A stretch of 57,799 bases of DNA, filler included, from Porpidia crustulata (lineage: Eukaryota): NCBI GenBank assembly GCA_964255105.1. It is 6 parts of 6 records of this genome, joined end to end, with 100 filler letters (N's around TTAATTAATTAA, not from the genome) between each part and the next. Parts side by side here need not be neighbours in the genome. Positions count along the whole stretch, not along the records: positions 38,616 to 48,160 come from CAXUWE010000926.1; positions 48,261 to 57,799 come from CAXUWE010000927.1; 4 more parts are not named here. One strand, written 5' to 3'. Each line of letters starts with the position of its first letter. Within the stretch, counting starts at the first letter, position 1. The translations under genes and the position numbers were made by a program. A model generated the notes under the pieces. That model saw only the letters and a list, made by a program, of their open reading frames with translations. It searched no databases and was not told the origin of the DNA. Positions 46,601 to 57,799 of the stretch are shown one piece after another.

Positions 46601-48160
46601 GCAACGGCATAATACAGTAGGCTCTGTTATTACGTTCTTTCTCTACCTAAACATATTTAGAGGGACAAGTATCCTAGGTCTTTGCTCTCTTGATAAAACC
46701 ATTCAGCTCTTGACCTCCATCAAGTCATCCACAAGCTTCGACCCACAGCAAATTTCCTAAGTTTACCGCCGCTCAATCCTTTTTAAGTATAAGTCTGACC
46801 TGCCATGATGGCGTCATTGAGTTATCTACAAGTAGTTCTCTCCTCGAGAGTCCTTCAAGGCTTCGCTGGTACCCGAGATGGAGCTCCTGAAAGTCCTGAA
46901 TGGGCAGTAACGAGCTACAATCACTCAACCCAGCCGGCCGAGAGAATTTGTCACGTATGCTGGATCTGTATACAAGAGAACCCAGCCTTCATTCGTCTAA
47001 CCGTTGCAGGGCATCAGGTCTATGTGCTTGAACCTATCCACTGGTCCTTTCCATACCACCTTCGAAGAAGCTGACAAAAGAGATCAGGGCATTTCCTTGA
47101 CTCATCGATCTACCATTTATCCCGTACTGCTACAATATCCTCTCTCAGCGCCTTTATCGTACATCCAGTCCACACCGAATCTCCTCATTTCAGCATTACT
47201 TGTGCCCCTATTTGGATTGAATACGATCCAAAGATTGAAGCTGTCCCTCGAGATCCCATTTAAAAGTCATTACGAGAGACAGAGTTCTTGAAGCCCGTCG
47301 AGATCAACAGTTCGCTTCTCGCCGCCTATTACAAATGTCCTTATCGTCTTTGTCTACAGGCTGTCACGCAGGATACCGAAATCACGACAATACTAGCTGC
47401 GCCTCTTAGTCCCCAATACTACATTACAACTGCTACTACTGCACGCCAGAATTGTGACTTGGGCAGAAGATAGTGGATGAGAGAGCAATTGATATCTTCC
47501 TTGCTAGTGTATGGCCCAAACTGGAGATACAAGCCCTTTCCGTCGATCTGGAGGCACCTCGACCGTCTTCAATGACAAAGAGCCGCTCGTATACTCATAG
47601 CTGTTTATTACTCACTACCACCACCTAGATCAACCTCCTCAATTAGAATGCATGGTGTCAGTCACTGCATTTTAACTTACAACAAGACCAGATGCTTGTC
47701 CTAATGATTCAAGTGTCAAATCTTGAACAGCCAGCAAACAGCTGACCAGACCAAGATGTACATTTATAGTGTCTACTAATTGGGACAGCAAGAACCACAG
47801 TATGGACTACAACCACATCATGAGTATTGAAGAACATTTCATGACCACCACTCCAAAAGCCATGGCCTAAGGCTATCAAATCAACTCACGAAAAGCCTCA
47901 TACAGTGCTTTTTGCGGAACCGCTAGTATTTAGAATTTTCCATAATCTAGCAATGATGCATTTGTTAGCCATTTAGTATTGAATCATAATAAGTTTCGAC
48001 TCCTATTTGGCGCTGGTACAATGGTGTAGTGGTTTTATCTTTTCTGCATTTATCTTTGTCTTAAATTCCATCAACAAAATCCTTGAATGAACGCATTCGC
48101 CACTCCTGTGATGGGTTAGACCCATTAATTGGATTAGGTACTATGTACCTGCATTCTCGA

Positions 48161-48260
48161 NNNNNNNNNNNNNNNNNNNNNNNNNNNNNNNNNNNNNNNN
48201 NNNNTTAATTAATTAANNNNNNNNNNNNNNNNNNNNNNNNNNNNNNNNNNNNNNNNNNNN
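48161..48260. other. Artificial contig spacer
   Basis: N44-TTAATTAATTAA-N44. Confidence 0.99.
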
Positions 48261-48439
48261 GTACCTTTATTGCGCAATCTCTTTAGGCGTGCGCCGTAAA
48301 TTATACTACACGCCCCGTCAGGGCTCACTACACCAACATTAATGTACTCAAGGCATGACGATCTCCGATTTCGAAGCGTGAGAAGACGAGCTTATTTTAA
48401 GATAGCGACTCGAATCTAAAATCCCTTACTGATTTGGGA

Positions 48440-50818
48440 ATGCAAGAAACCAGTCGAATCGTGGCAAGAAGTCTCCTTCCGATTGCAAGTACCACGAGCT
48501 TGAAAGTTGTTCGTCCGAGCACTCAATGGGCTCGTGGTCCGCCCCTTTCATATCCTCAGGGATATGGATTGCAGCGGCCAAGGTCAACGTTACATATGAA
48601 GGTCAGGTCCGGCCCCACAGCATGGCAGCACCGTCGGAATGATCTCCCAAACAGAAGCCGCGGCCGAGAAAGAGCTACCCTAGAAAGCATCTCCGTACGC
48701 CGAAATCTCTCAAATGAAGCAGTTGTAGCAATAGTGGTTCGTCAATTGCAGCATCTAGTCGAGAAGTTGATGGATGTTGGATTTACCAAGTTCGCGGAGC
48801 AGATAATTTCAACATTAAGGAATTGGAAGTCACAGAACTTGGAAACAAATGCCCCAGCAGTCTTCACCAGCCTATCCCAAGCTTATTTTGATCGTGCTCT
48901 TGTAGGATTAGATGCTCAGATAAAATATGCCTATCACGGCGAACTTGCAAACCGGAATATATCGGAATCTGGTCTCCAAACCCAAGTAAAGCTTGCTGAC
49001 CTTCGCTATCCCGTTGAGTGGTATCCAGCCACGAGAGTTTTACAGAGAGATATCCATCTTCATGTTGGACCCACGAATTCAGGCAAGACATATCATGCTT
49101 TGAAGCGGTTGGAGCAAGCGAAATCGGGGATCTACGCAGGGCCCTTACGACTGCTTGCACATGAAGTCTATACAAGACTCAATGCCAGGGGAATACCTTG
49201 CAACCTTATTACAGGGGACGAGCGACTGATCCGCGAAGGAGAGGACGTTGGGATAAGCAGCTGTACAGTAGAGATGGTGCCAATCAATATGAAAACAGAG
49301 GTCGCAGTCATTGATGAGATACAAATGATTGGAGACGAAGATCGTGGCTGGGCATGGACACAAGCTTTCCTTGGCCTTCAAGCCCAGGAGATTCATTTAT
49401 GCGGCGAAGAACGAACTGTGCCTCTGATTCGAGAGCTTGCCGTAGCAATGGGAGACAAGCTTGAGATACACCACTATGAGCGATTAAGCCCTCTCAAAAC
49501 CATGACGACTAGTCTAAGAGGTGATTTGACGGCTCTAAGGAAGGGTGACTGCGTAGTCCTGTTCTCACGGATAGCAATCCATGCTATGAAAAAGGAAATC
49601 GAGAGAATTACGAAGAAGCGAGTAGCCGTAGTATACGGTAGCCTACCACCCGAGACAAGGGCACAACAAGCCAGACTTTTTAACGATCCTGATAATGATT
49701 ACGACATTCTAGTGGCCAGCGATGCAATTGGGATGGGCCTAAATCTGTACGTCTCCCGATTCCTCATATTTTACCATACTCATCGATACAGGAGCATTAA
49801 ACGTATAATTTTTGATACAACCTTGAAGTTCAATGGTCAAACCTTTGAGACCATTTCAAGTTCGTCAATCAAGCAAATAGGGGGACGCGCAGGCAGGTAT
49901 CGGACAGCGGCCCAAGCGAATGATATGAAGCCTCTGTCTGAGGATTCTAATGACGATGTTACGACAATGCCTAAGAAGCTCTCAATGGCATCTGCAGTGC
50001 AGAACTTAGGCTTGATCACCACTCTGGACCCGGTAGATCTTGGGGTGGTCAGGAAGGCCATGGCAACTGATGCGGATCCAATCATGAGCGCTGGCATTTT
50101 TCCTCCTACTTCTATCCTATTGCAATTTGCTGCCCATTACCCAGTAAAGATCCCTTTCAGCTATATACTTATGCGTCTTCACGAGCTCGCGCTCAAGCAT
50201 CCAAGATTCCATTTATGTATATTGAAGGACCAAGTTCAGATTGCAGATGCAATAGAACCGGTCAAGGAATTAACCATCAACGATAGGATTACCTTCACTG
50301 CAGCTCCTGTCGATATGAGGAGTCCCAAAATGGCTGAAATTTTGCAAGCCTTGGCAAGGTGCGTTGCAAATAATGGTGGCGGGGCACTGCTTGATATAAG
50401 AGAAATAAATCTTGATATTCTGGATTTGGAGGTAACGTCAGACAAAGAATATTTGACTACATTGGAGGCACTGCATAAAGCTTTGGTACTCTATCTATGG
50501 CTTAGCTATAGATTTAACGGAGTCTTCTCGAATCAACGGATGGCATTCTACGTCAAGTCTTTGGCAGAAGAGAAGATCGACCAGGTGCTGGCGAGAGCTA
50601 CCTACGACAAAGAGAAGAGGAAGATAATGAAGAGTCAAAGGCAGAAAGAGCTTCTTCGAAATCTTCAAATAGGCTTAGAAGATATTGATGGCCAGCATGA
50701 CGAGCAGATTACAGAAAGTCCTGGTAGCAGCAAGAATCAACTCTCTCCCAAGCAGAAGAAGCAGATCCTAGACTATCCAGCGATACCTACAACAAGCCAT
50801 TTCGCCACAGCCGCTTGA
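48440..50818 (+). CDS. SUV3: Mitochondrial ATP-dependent RNA helicase Suv3; intron 49747-49791; start uncertain
   Basis: Motifs DLRYPVEWYPATR, HVGPTNSGKTYHA, YAGPLRLLAHE, IDEIQMI, RGWAWTQA, HLCGEE, VYGSLPPETR, ASDAIGMGLNL|SIKRIIF and KQIGGRAGR. Basic, hydroxylated N-terminus. Confidence 0.95.
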   Translation: MQETSRIVARSLLPIASTTSLKVVRPSTQWARGPPLSYPQGYGLQRPRSTLHMKVRSGPTAWQHRRNDLPNRSRGRERATLESISVRRNLSNEAVVAIVVRQLQHLVEKLMDVGFTKFAEQIISTLRNWKSQNLETNAPAVFTSLSQAYFDRALVGLDAQIKYAYHGELANRNISESGLQTQVKLADLRYPVEWYPATRVLQRDIHLHVGPTNSGKTYHALKRLEQAKSGIYAGPLRLLAHEVYTRLNARGIPCNLITGDERLIREGEDVGISSCTVEMVPINMKTEVAVIDEIQMIGDEDRGWAWTQAFLGLQAQEIHLCGEERTVPLIRELAVAMGDKLEIHHYERLSPLKTMTTSLRGDLTALRKGDCVVLFSRIAIHAMKKEIERITKKRVAVVYGSLPPETRAQQARLFNDPDNDYDILVASDAIGMGLNLYVSRFLIFYHTHRYRSIKRIIFDTTLKFNGQTFETISSSSIKQIGGRAGRYRTAAQANDMKPLSEDSNDDVTTMPKKLSMASAVQNLGLITTLDPVDLGVVRKAMATDADPIMSAGIFPPTSILLQFAAHYPVKIPFSYILMRLHELALKHPRFHLCILKDQVQIADAIEPVKELTINDRITFTAAPVDMRSPKMAEILQALARCVANNGGGALLDIREINLDILDLEVTSDKEYLTTLEALHKALVLYLWLSYRFNGVFSNQRMAFYVKSLAEEKIDQVLARATYDKEKRKIMKSQRQKELLRNLQIGLEDIDGQHDEQITESPGSSKNQLSPKQKKQILDYPAIPTTSHFATAA

Positions 50819-53800
50819 GAAATTTGGAACACCTGTGCTGAGAAGCTGAAAGATTTGGCCAGGCTTCCTAATGCTCCACCTCACAGATTTCGAGGAACTG
50901 GAAACAAAAATAGGAACGTCATACCTCCTAAAATTAAGGATCTAAGATATATTGCGAGACTTTAGACGTACCTCAACTCATATGCGGAACGATTATAATT
51001 CGTACGAATTATAGTTGTATACTATGGATAAAGCCATTTTACAGCGGAACATCAACTTCTACTCGTACATTTATCTGCGCCGTTGAAATAGCAGCCTATA
51101 CTAAGATTGGCAGCGTACATGGCAGCTGTTCTGTCCCTGAGTTCTAGATACATCGCATTATCTTTCCATGCTTCTTTATCCACGAATCAGTTCTTCGTCC
51201 GGACACGGCGAAAGCCGACCCACGGAATGGCTTCTTGGGATGTTACGCTCATCCGATCCAGTCCTACGCTGCGAGAGGATCATTCGCTATTTCATCACGA
51301 GTTACTGGGACTCGTGAAATTTCGCACTAAATCGCAGATTGATAAATCCATCAACGCAGTCCCTAATCTCTCTTGCCAGGATAAAAATCCTCCACATACC
51401 TGGTGAAAAAGACCCCATGGCTTTCGACCATTGAGATGCGCCTACTAGGTCAGGGTTTACAAACTGCCGCCCACCTAGATCTCAAACTACTAACCTCGAC
51501 GATGACGTGGCCGAAAGCCAAGTGCATCCTAATTGGGAGAATTATCTTGTGTCCTACTTCCTGGACGAATTCGGGAGACTCGTGGTGATTCAGGCCTACG
51601 GATGAGGAGAACTGCAAGAGGCATGCTTACATGTTGATCGGGTTTCCGGTACGAGCCATTAATTTTGGTTTTGCGATGAAGAAACTGAATTATTGCTGTT
51701 GTACCTGGCATATTGGAGTGCCGATATGCAAGATAGCTTTGGATTGGGTGACCGCTTCAACAATCCGTGCCGTCATGTTAGCCTTCAGCCCGATAAGATT
51801 CTTTGTGAGGAAGTATAAGAGACTTTGTGGGATGATGGACTGAGGTTGGTGTTTCTTCTCCCAGTTGCAATGCGTCCCAACCGGGAACAATTAGATTTCG
51901 AGGAAATTCGAACGGAAATTAAGTTAGGAATTGGCGATTTCCAACAAAGCATTCTTGGTCTAGTAGCGGTGTATGTGTATAAACTTTTGGTACGTTCTAT
52001 CTTATCGAGAAACACGGCTCGCGATGGTGTTATGGAATCCACAACAATCGCCATTGAGGATTTATTTGTCGCACATATTTGACTTCCAGATCAATTTTGG
52101 AAGCGCAACTTGGAGGGGCAAGAGATGTCACAGTAAGCATATTTTCTAAGAGTATGGGTCATAGACATTGGATAGAGAGAGGATTTTTCTGTTCATAATC
52201 AAATCCCACAGTGATCCATTCACGGAAACAATGAGAAAGTCATTCGTGTACCTTAGTCGAGCTTTGGCAGTCATTACACTCATACTGTGGGACATAGGGA
52301 TAAGAATATGGGTCTGAAGTTTTGCATAGAGAGAGGTTTTATTTATCATGGCTAAAACTTTCACTCCCATAAGAGATCAGATTTGTAAATATTAGATGTG
52401 TCTTTTAAAATATGCATTCGCCATGGCACCGGTAGTCGCGACCAACTCCGAAATTCTCTGACATAAGTAGTCAGTGGTTCACTGCTCTATAGTCCAAGCG
52501 AGGGTGGACATCATAGTGTAATCAGTACACTGTGTGGCTTTAGTTTTGTCGCTGGCTTCTCAACTCTTTTTTCAAAAAACAAAGTAGCGATAGCTTTGAG
52601 TCGAAGACGATTGATACTAGCCACAACAATATGCACAAGCATCGCCAAAGCAGCGTGATTTTCGCTCTCCATTTATGCTAATTCTCAATCCACCACCGTG
52701 GCTATTTATGGTCCGTATTTACATTGTTCACCAGTGATGGAACCGGTTCAAGAAATGCAAAGACGGTCAGACCAAAATATGATTTTCAAGACGTAAAGGA
52801 AATATAGCACCGGACGTGCATTGAGGAAAATTATGGCACTAACGTTGAGACCGATGAGCCTTACTTCTTATCTGGTATCCTGAAAGCCCGCTGGATTTCT
52901 TCACTGTGGCTCGAGGTTAATATAGAAATCACTAGTGTTAGTAAGACGTGAGTGTAGATTATCTTTGTTTGACTCATCACGCCGATGTGGCAGTGGCGAA
53001 TGCTTTAGGTAGGGGCTCGGCGGAGGAAGGTGGTTGAGATACGCGTGAGTACTCGCCACAATGGTTTCTGAGTTCGACATTGAATGGGGGTTCAAAATTA
53101 CCGCTTGGTTGATGAGCTTTGGGAATTCTGAGCAGGTGAAATATAGCCATAACTCGAGGATTTATCATTAGAGGAATTCTTTTCCTTGCGTAGCTTCCAT
53201 GCTATAGCAAGGCTAAGTGTTGTCTGATCGTCGTTCATGGTGGCATTCTCTCGATCCGGTCTTTCTCGGTTTGCCACACATAGTTAAGGCCGCTGGTCAT
53301 TTTGGACGGTATATGGCCTATATAAGGTATACGAGTGACAAGCGATTGGAAGTCGCAGTGACGAACGATTGGTATTGTCCTTGAATTCAACAGGAACCTG
53401 ACGCCCAAGTGAGCACGCCCAATTTGGCCACTATAAGGTAGTACAGTGAGAAATAGACGGGGAATACAATAGTGTCCTGCCCCCGATAAATACAGGTTCT
53501 CTCCCCATTGTGGCTAGCGATGATCCGATTGCGCGAGCTTTCAAGTCGCTGAACAGAGTTCCTTAGGCAAAACTTGAACCACCAACTTCAGTGTCGAAGA
53601 ACCCCAAGTTACAAATCTGTAAAACAGATCAAGACAGCCAAGGCAATAGGTAAAAGCTACAAATCAGTGTCACCAAGCCTTGATTTTATGAGGTCTGTGC
53701 CATCAGTGAGCTGGCAAGTAAAGACTGCGGGGACAAGGACCAGAATTCTGAGCCTGATTGGCACATCGCATCTTTGGAAAGATAAGTAGTAGGTCCTGAG

Positions 53801-54034
53801 AGCTACCTAGCGAAGTGGTGTTAGGTTCTCTTGACTTTAGCTTCCTCCGCTCACTGAGGTATTGAAGTTAACAGACATGACAGCTGTAGAGGTGCCGATC
53901 CCTCTAATATCAAGCGCCGTAAGCGCGGAAATATTCCGGGGTTCTACAGTGAATTTCGTAACTGCGAGGCAACTGTCAGGGTAAGCTGCCATACTTCTGT
54001 CTAGAAGCTCAGGTATTGCTGCTGCGATTAAGTC

Positions 54035-57000
54035 ATGGATGCCCTCGAATCGCTGGAGTTGCTTTCGCTGGTCTCGAAAGTGACATCCGAGCTCCAAAAT
54101 CATTTAGGAATCAGCGACAAAACCCTCGCGGAATTCGTGATCGACCAGCATTCAAAATGCCACTCCCTCGGCGACTTCAAGTCGCAGATGGAGGCTATGG
54201 GCGCCGACTTTCCTAATAGTCTGGTCGAGAGCGTGGACCGCCTGATCTTGACGATGCATCCAAAACATAAAGGCAAATCGAGAAGCGGAACGGGTGCTAG
54301 ATCTGGTGAAGAGGAAGATTTAAATGATGCGGACAAGAAGACAAGGATATTTAAGGGACTAGCTATGCCGGATCGGGACCTACAGTGGGAGGAAGAGCCT
54401 ATGGACGTAGGTCCTAATGTCAGTGCTTCTAAGGTTGACGCTTTTGATGATACATTTGCTATGCTGGAGAATCTGGCCGGCAAGGCTAGGACGACTACGC
54501 ATGGAACAAACGGCCGGAAGCGAAGTCGAAGTCCCGACGACGAGGATGAGAGGAGGGGTAGAAGTAAGAGGGATAGGTATTTGTCAAGGTCACGGTCAAG
54601 ATCTTACAGTCAAGAGTATAAGAGCAGTCATCCAAAGCGAGCTAGCGGCTTATATGAAGATGATTACTCCGTCTCAAAGAATGGCCGCCATCGGAAAGAA
54701 GATCCTCATGGCAATGGGCACAGAAGCCGCAGACGACGTCATCGAGAAAATGAAGATGACAACTGGAAACGGCCCCGTGTCCCAGAAATAGATGATGCGC
54801 CTATTCTGTTTAAGGTCTACAGTGGAACGGTGACAGGTGTGAAAGACTTCGGGGCATTCGTCAACTTACAAGGTATCAAGGGAAAAGTAGATGGCTTAGT
54901 ACATGTCTCTGCTATGCAAGAGGGAGCTCGTGTAAATCATCCGTCGGACCTAGTATCTCGAGGGCAAGCTGTGAAAGTCAAGGTCTTAACTATTCAGGAA
55001 AGGCGAATAGGGTTATCGATGAAAGAGGTGGATCAAGTCACAGGGCGAGATCTCGTGCCTCAGAAGCGATTAGCGTCAGGAGCAAATATGGAGCGTCTGG
55101 ATGGGTTGGGTCCAGCTACGAACGGCAATGGCCATTACGGTGGATCTGGCGGGAATGTACTTGTCATCGAAGGGGAGATTAATGGTAAATCTATGAGGAA
55201 TAAGAAAAGAATGACCTCGCCTGAACGATGGGAAATTAAGCAGTTGATTGCATCTGGCGCCATATCTGCATTAGACTACCCAGATATCGACGAGGAGTAC
55301 AATGCGACTTTAGCCGGGGAGGGTGAATTCGAGGAAGAGGAAGATGTCGATATTGAGGTTCGGGAGGAGGAGCCTCCGTTCCTCGCAGGTCAAACGAAAC
55401 AGTCATTAGAGCTATCGCCTATACGAGTCGTGAAAGCGCCGGACGGCTCTATGAATCGTGCTGCAATGGCTGGAACTTCCTTGGCCAAAGAACGCCGTGA
55501 CCTGCGACAGCAAGAAGCACAAGACAAAGCAGCCGAGCAAGCGTCACAAGTCGACCTTAACGCACAATGGCAGGACCCAATGATGGCCCCGGATCAACGC
55601 AAATTTGCCAGTGATCTGAGGAGTCCGCAAGTCAACAAAGTGTCGGATGCTTTGCCGGAGTGGAAACGTGTGACACAAAGCAAAGACCAACCCCTTGGGA
55701 AAAGGACTTCCATGTCAATAAAGCAGCAACGAGAAACATTGCCTGTTTATAAATTTAGGAAACAGCTTCTTGACGCCGTCAACGAGAATCAGCTTATGAT
55801 CGTCGTGGGCGACACAGGATCCGGAAAAACAACACAGCTGCCACAGTATCTTGCTGAAGGCGGCTTCGCCAATATTGGGGCGATAGCTGTTACTCAACCG
55901 CGGCGTGTCGCCGCTATGTCTGTTGCCAAGCGTGTTGCTGAGGAGGTCGGCTGCAAATTGGGCCAAGAAGTCGGTTATACGATCCGGTTTGAGGATTGTA
56001 CCAGTCCAGATACGAAAATCAAGTATATGACTGATGGCATGCTTCAACGAGAGATCCTATTGGATCCAAATTTAAAGAGATACTCGGTCATCATGCTTGA
56101 CGAAGCTCATGAGCGCACAATTGCAACCGATGTTCTTTTCGGCTTGTTAAAAAAAACCTTGAAGAGAAGGCAAGATCTAAAAGTCATCGTCACTTCCGCA
56201 ACGCTTGATGCAGACAAGTTTTCCGAGTATTTCAATAAGTGCCCCATTTTTACAATACCTGGACGAACTTATCCTGTAGAAATTATGTACTCAAGAGAGC
56301 CCGAGTCAGACTATCTCGACGCTGCCCTCGTTACTGTCATGCAAATTCATCTTACAGAGCCTCAAGGTGACATCTTGCTGTTCCTGACAGGGCAGGAAGA
56401 AATCGACACGAGTTGTGAAATACTGTATGAGAGAATGAAAGCTCTCGGACCGAGTGTGCCTGAGCTTATCATCCTACCTGTCTACTCGGCCTTGCCCAGT
56501 GAGATGCAGAGCAAGATTTTCGAACCTGCACCGGCGGGTAGTAGAAAGGTCGTTATTGCAACGAATATCGCCGAGACATCTATCACGATTGACCAAATTT
56601 ACTACGTGATCGATCCCGGATTCGTCAAGCAAAACGCCTACGACCCGAAGTTGGGAATGGATTCCTTAGTCGTCACGCCCATCTCACAAGCTCAAGCGAA
56701 GCAGAGAGCTGGTCGTGCTGGGAGAACGGGCCCTGGGAAATGTTTCAGACTCTATACGGAAGCAGCTTTTCAATCCGAAATGCTTCCTACATCAATCCCC
56801 GAAATTCAACGCCAGAATTTGTCCACTACAATTCTCATGCTCAAAGCCATGGGGATCAATGATTTACTTCACTTTGACTTCATGGACCCTCCGCCCACGA
56901 ATACTATGCTTACAGCCCTCGAAGAACTCTACGCCCTCTCTGCTCTCGATGACGAAGGCCTTCTAACCCGCCTCGGTCGCAAAATGGCTGACTTTCCCAT

Positions 57001-57799
57001 GGAACCTGCCCTCGCCAAAGTCCTCATTTATTCCGTTGACATGGGTTGCTCCGACGAAATCCTTAGTGTCGTAGCTATGCTCTCCGTCCAAACCGTCTTC
57101 TACCGCCCCAAAGAAAAACAACAACAAGCCGACCAGAAGAAGTCCAAATTCCATGATCCCCACGGTGACCACCTCACTCTACTAAACGTCTATAACGGTT
57201 GGAAACTTTCCAAATTCTCCAACCCCTGGTGTTTCGAAAACTTCATCCAGGCGCGCAACATGCGGCGTGCGCAGGATGTCCGCCAGCAGCTCGTTAGCAT
57301 CATGGAGCGCTACAAGCACACCATCGTGTCGTGTGGGCGCAATACGATGAAGGTGCGGCAGGCGCTCTGTTCGGGGTTCTTCCGGAACGCCGCGAGGAAG
57401 GATCCGCAGGAGGGGTATAAGACGCTGATTGAGGGAACGCCGGTGTACATGCATCCAAGCAGCGCGATGTTCGGGAAACCGGCTGAGCACGTGATCTTCC
57501 ATACCTTGGTGTTGACGACAAAAGAGTACATGCACTGCACAACCGCCATCGAACCGAAGGTATGTTACTCTCGTCCCATCAGAACCTCAAACCTACTGTT
57601 CACAGAAGCGATACTGACTTTTATCTACCAGTGGCTCGTCGAAGCAGCACCCACGTTCTTCAAAGTCGCGGCGACGGACCGCTTGTCGAAGAGGAAGAAG
57701 GCGGAGAGGATCCAACCGCTGTATAACCGGTTCGCGGGCGAGGACGATTGGCGGTTGTCGGCGCAGAAACGGCAGGGGCGGGGAGGCGGAGGTGGGACT
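54035..57799 (+). CDS. PRP22: Pre-mRNA-splicing DEAH-box RNA helicase Prp22/DHX8; intron 57560-57631; last few codons cut off by the window end
   Basis: It is absent from the ORF track because no stop lies in the window. N-terminus MDALESLELLSLVSKVTSELQNHLGISDKTLAEFVI, an RS-like region, an S1 domain (GTVTGVKDFGAFVNLQGIKGKVDGLVHVS) and RMTSPERWEIKQLIASG. Helicase motifs GDTGSGKTTQ, DEAH, TSAT and QRAGRAGRTG; C-terminus KAERIQPLYNRFAGEDDWRLS. Confidence 0.97.
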   Translation, partial: MDALESLELLSLVSKVTSELQNHLGISDKTLAEFVIDQHSKCHSLGDFKSQMEAMGADFPNSLVESVDRLILTMHPKHKGKSRSGTGARSGEEEDLNDADKKTRIFKGLAMPDRDLQWEEEPMDVGPNVSASKVDAFDDTFAMLENLAGKARTTTHGTNGRKRSRSPDDEDERRGRSKRDRYLSRSRSRSYSQEYKSSHPKRASGLYEDDYSVSKNGRHRKEDPHGNGHRSRRRRHRENEDDNWKRPRVPEIDDAPILFKVYSGTVTGVKDFGAFVNLQGIKGKVDGLVHVSAMQEGARVNHPSDLVSRGQAVKVKVLTIQERRIGLSMKEVDQVTGRDLVPQKRLASGANMERLDGLGPATNGNGHYGGSGGNVLVIEGEINGKSMRNKKRMTSPERWEIKQLIASGAISALDYPDIDEEYNATLAGEGEFEEEEDVDIEVREEEPPFLAGQTKQSLELSPIRVVKAPDGSMNRAAMAGTSLAKERRDLRQQEAQDKAAEQASQVDLNAQWQDPMMAPDQRKFASDLRSPQVNKVSDALPEWKRVTQSKDQPLGKRTSMSIKQQRETLPVYKFRKQLLDAVNENQLMIVVGDTGSGKTTQLPQYLAEGGFANIGAIAVTQPRRVAAMSVAKRVAEEVGCKLGQEVGYTIRFEDCTSPDTKIKYMTDGMLQREILLDPNLKRYSVIMLDEAHERTIATDVLFGLLKKTLKRRQDLKVIVTSATLDADKFSEYFNKCPIFTIPGRTYPVEIMYSREPESDYLDAALVTVMQIHLTEPQGDILLFLTGQEEIDTSCEILYERMKALGPSVPELIILPVYSALPSEMQSKIFEPAPAGSRKVVIATNIAETSITIDQIYYVIDPGFVKQNAYDPKLGMDSLVVTPISQAQAKQRAGRAGRTGPGKCFRLYTEAAFQSEMLPTSIPEIQRQNLSTTILMLKAMGINDLLHFDFMDPPPTNTMLTALEELYALSALDDEGLLTRLGRKMADFPMEPALAKVLIYSVDMGCSDEILSVVAMLSVQTVFYRPKEKQQQADQKKSKFHDPHGDHLTLLNVYNGWKLSKFSNPWCFENFIQARNMRRAQDVRQQLVSIMERYKHTIVSCGRNTMKVRQALCSGFFRNAARKDPQEGYKTLIEGTPVYMHPSSAMFGKPAEHVIFHTLVLTTKEYMHCTTAIEPKVCYSRPIRTSNLLFTEAILTFIYQWLVEAAPTFFKVAATDRLSKRKKAERIQPLYNRFAGEDDWRLSAQKRQGRGGGGGT

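Overview
This is filamentous-ascomycete (Pezizomycotina-type) genomic DNA with short spliceosomal introns. It is not one locus. Six contigs (9558, 9558, 9550, 9549, 9545 and 9539 bp, apparently sorted by length) are joined by five artificial 100-nt N44-TTAATTAATTAA-N44 spacers, so adjacency across spacers means nothing. Contig 1 has a partial VIT/vWA protein, arginyl-tRNA synthetase and a Pro/Ser/Arg-rich hypothetical protein. Contig 2 has a KP-43-like S8 protease divergent from a small beta-rich protein of unknown function, plus an isochorismatase-family hydrolase. Contig 3 has partial F-actin capping protein alpha, a low-complexity hypothetical protein, a PTH11/Sat4-like membrane protein and a partial PLP-dependent decarboxylase. 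Contig 4 looks like the tailoring part of a secondary-metabolite cluster: an O-methyltransferase, two BBE-like FAD oxidoreductases and a PTH11/Sat4-like protein. Contig 4 also carries the most unusual signal in the window: three copies of a ~115-125 bp TA-flanked inverted-repeat (MITE-like) element whose spacer holds telomeric TAACCCTAACCCT. Contig 5 has no intact gene that I can recognise, only decayed coding relics and small duplications. Contig 6 has the RNA helicases SUV3 and PRP22. All calls come from manual reading and motif recognition; no database searches were run.
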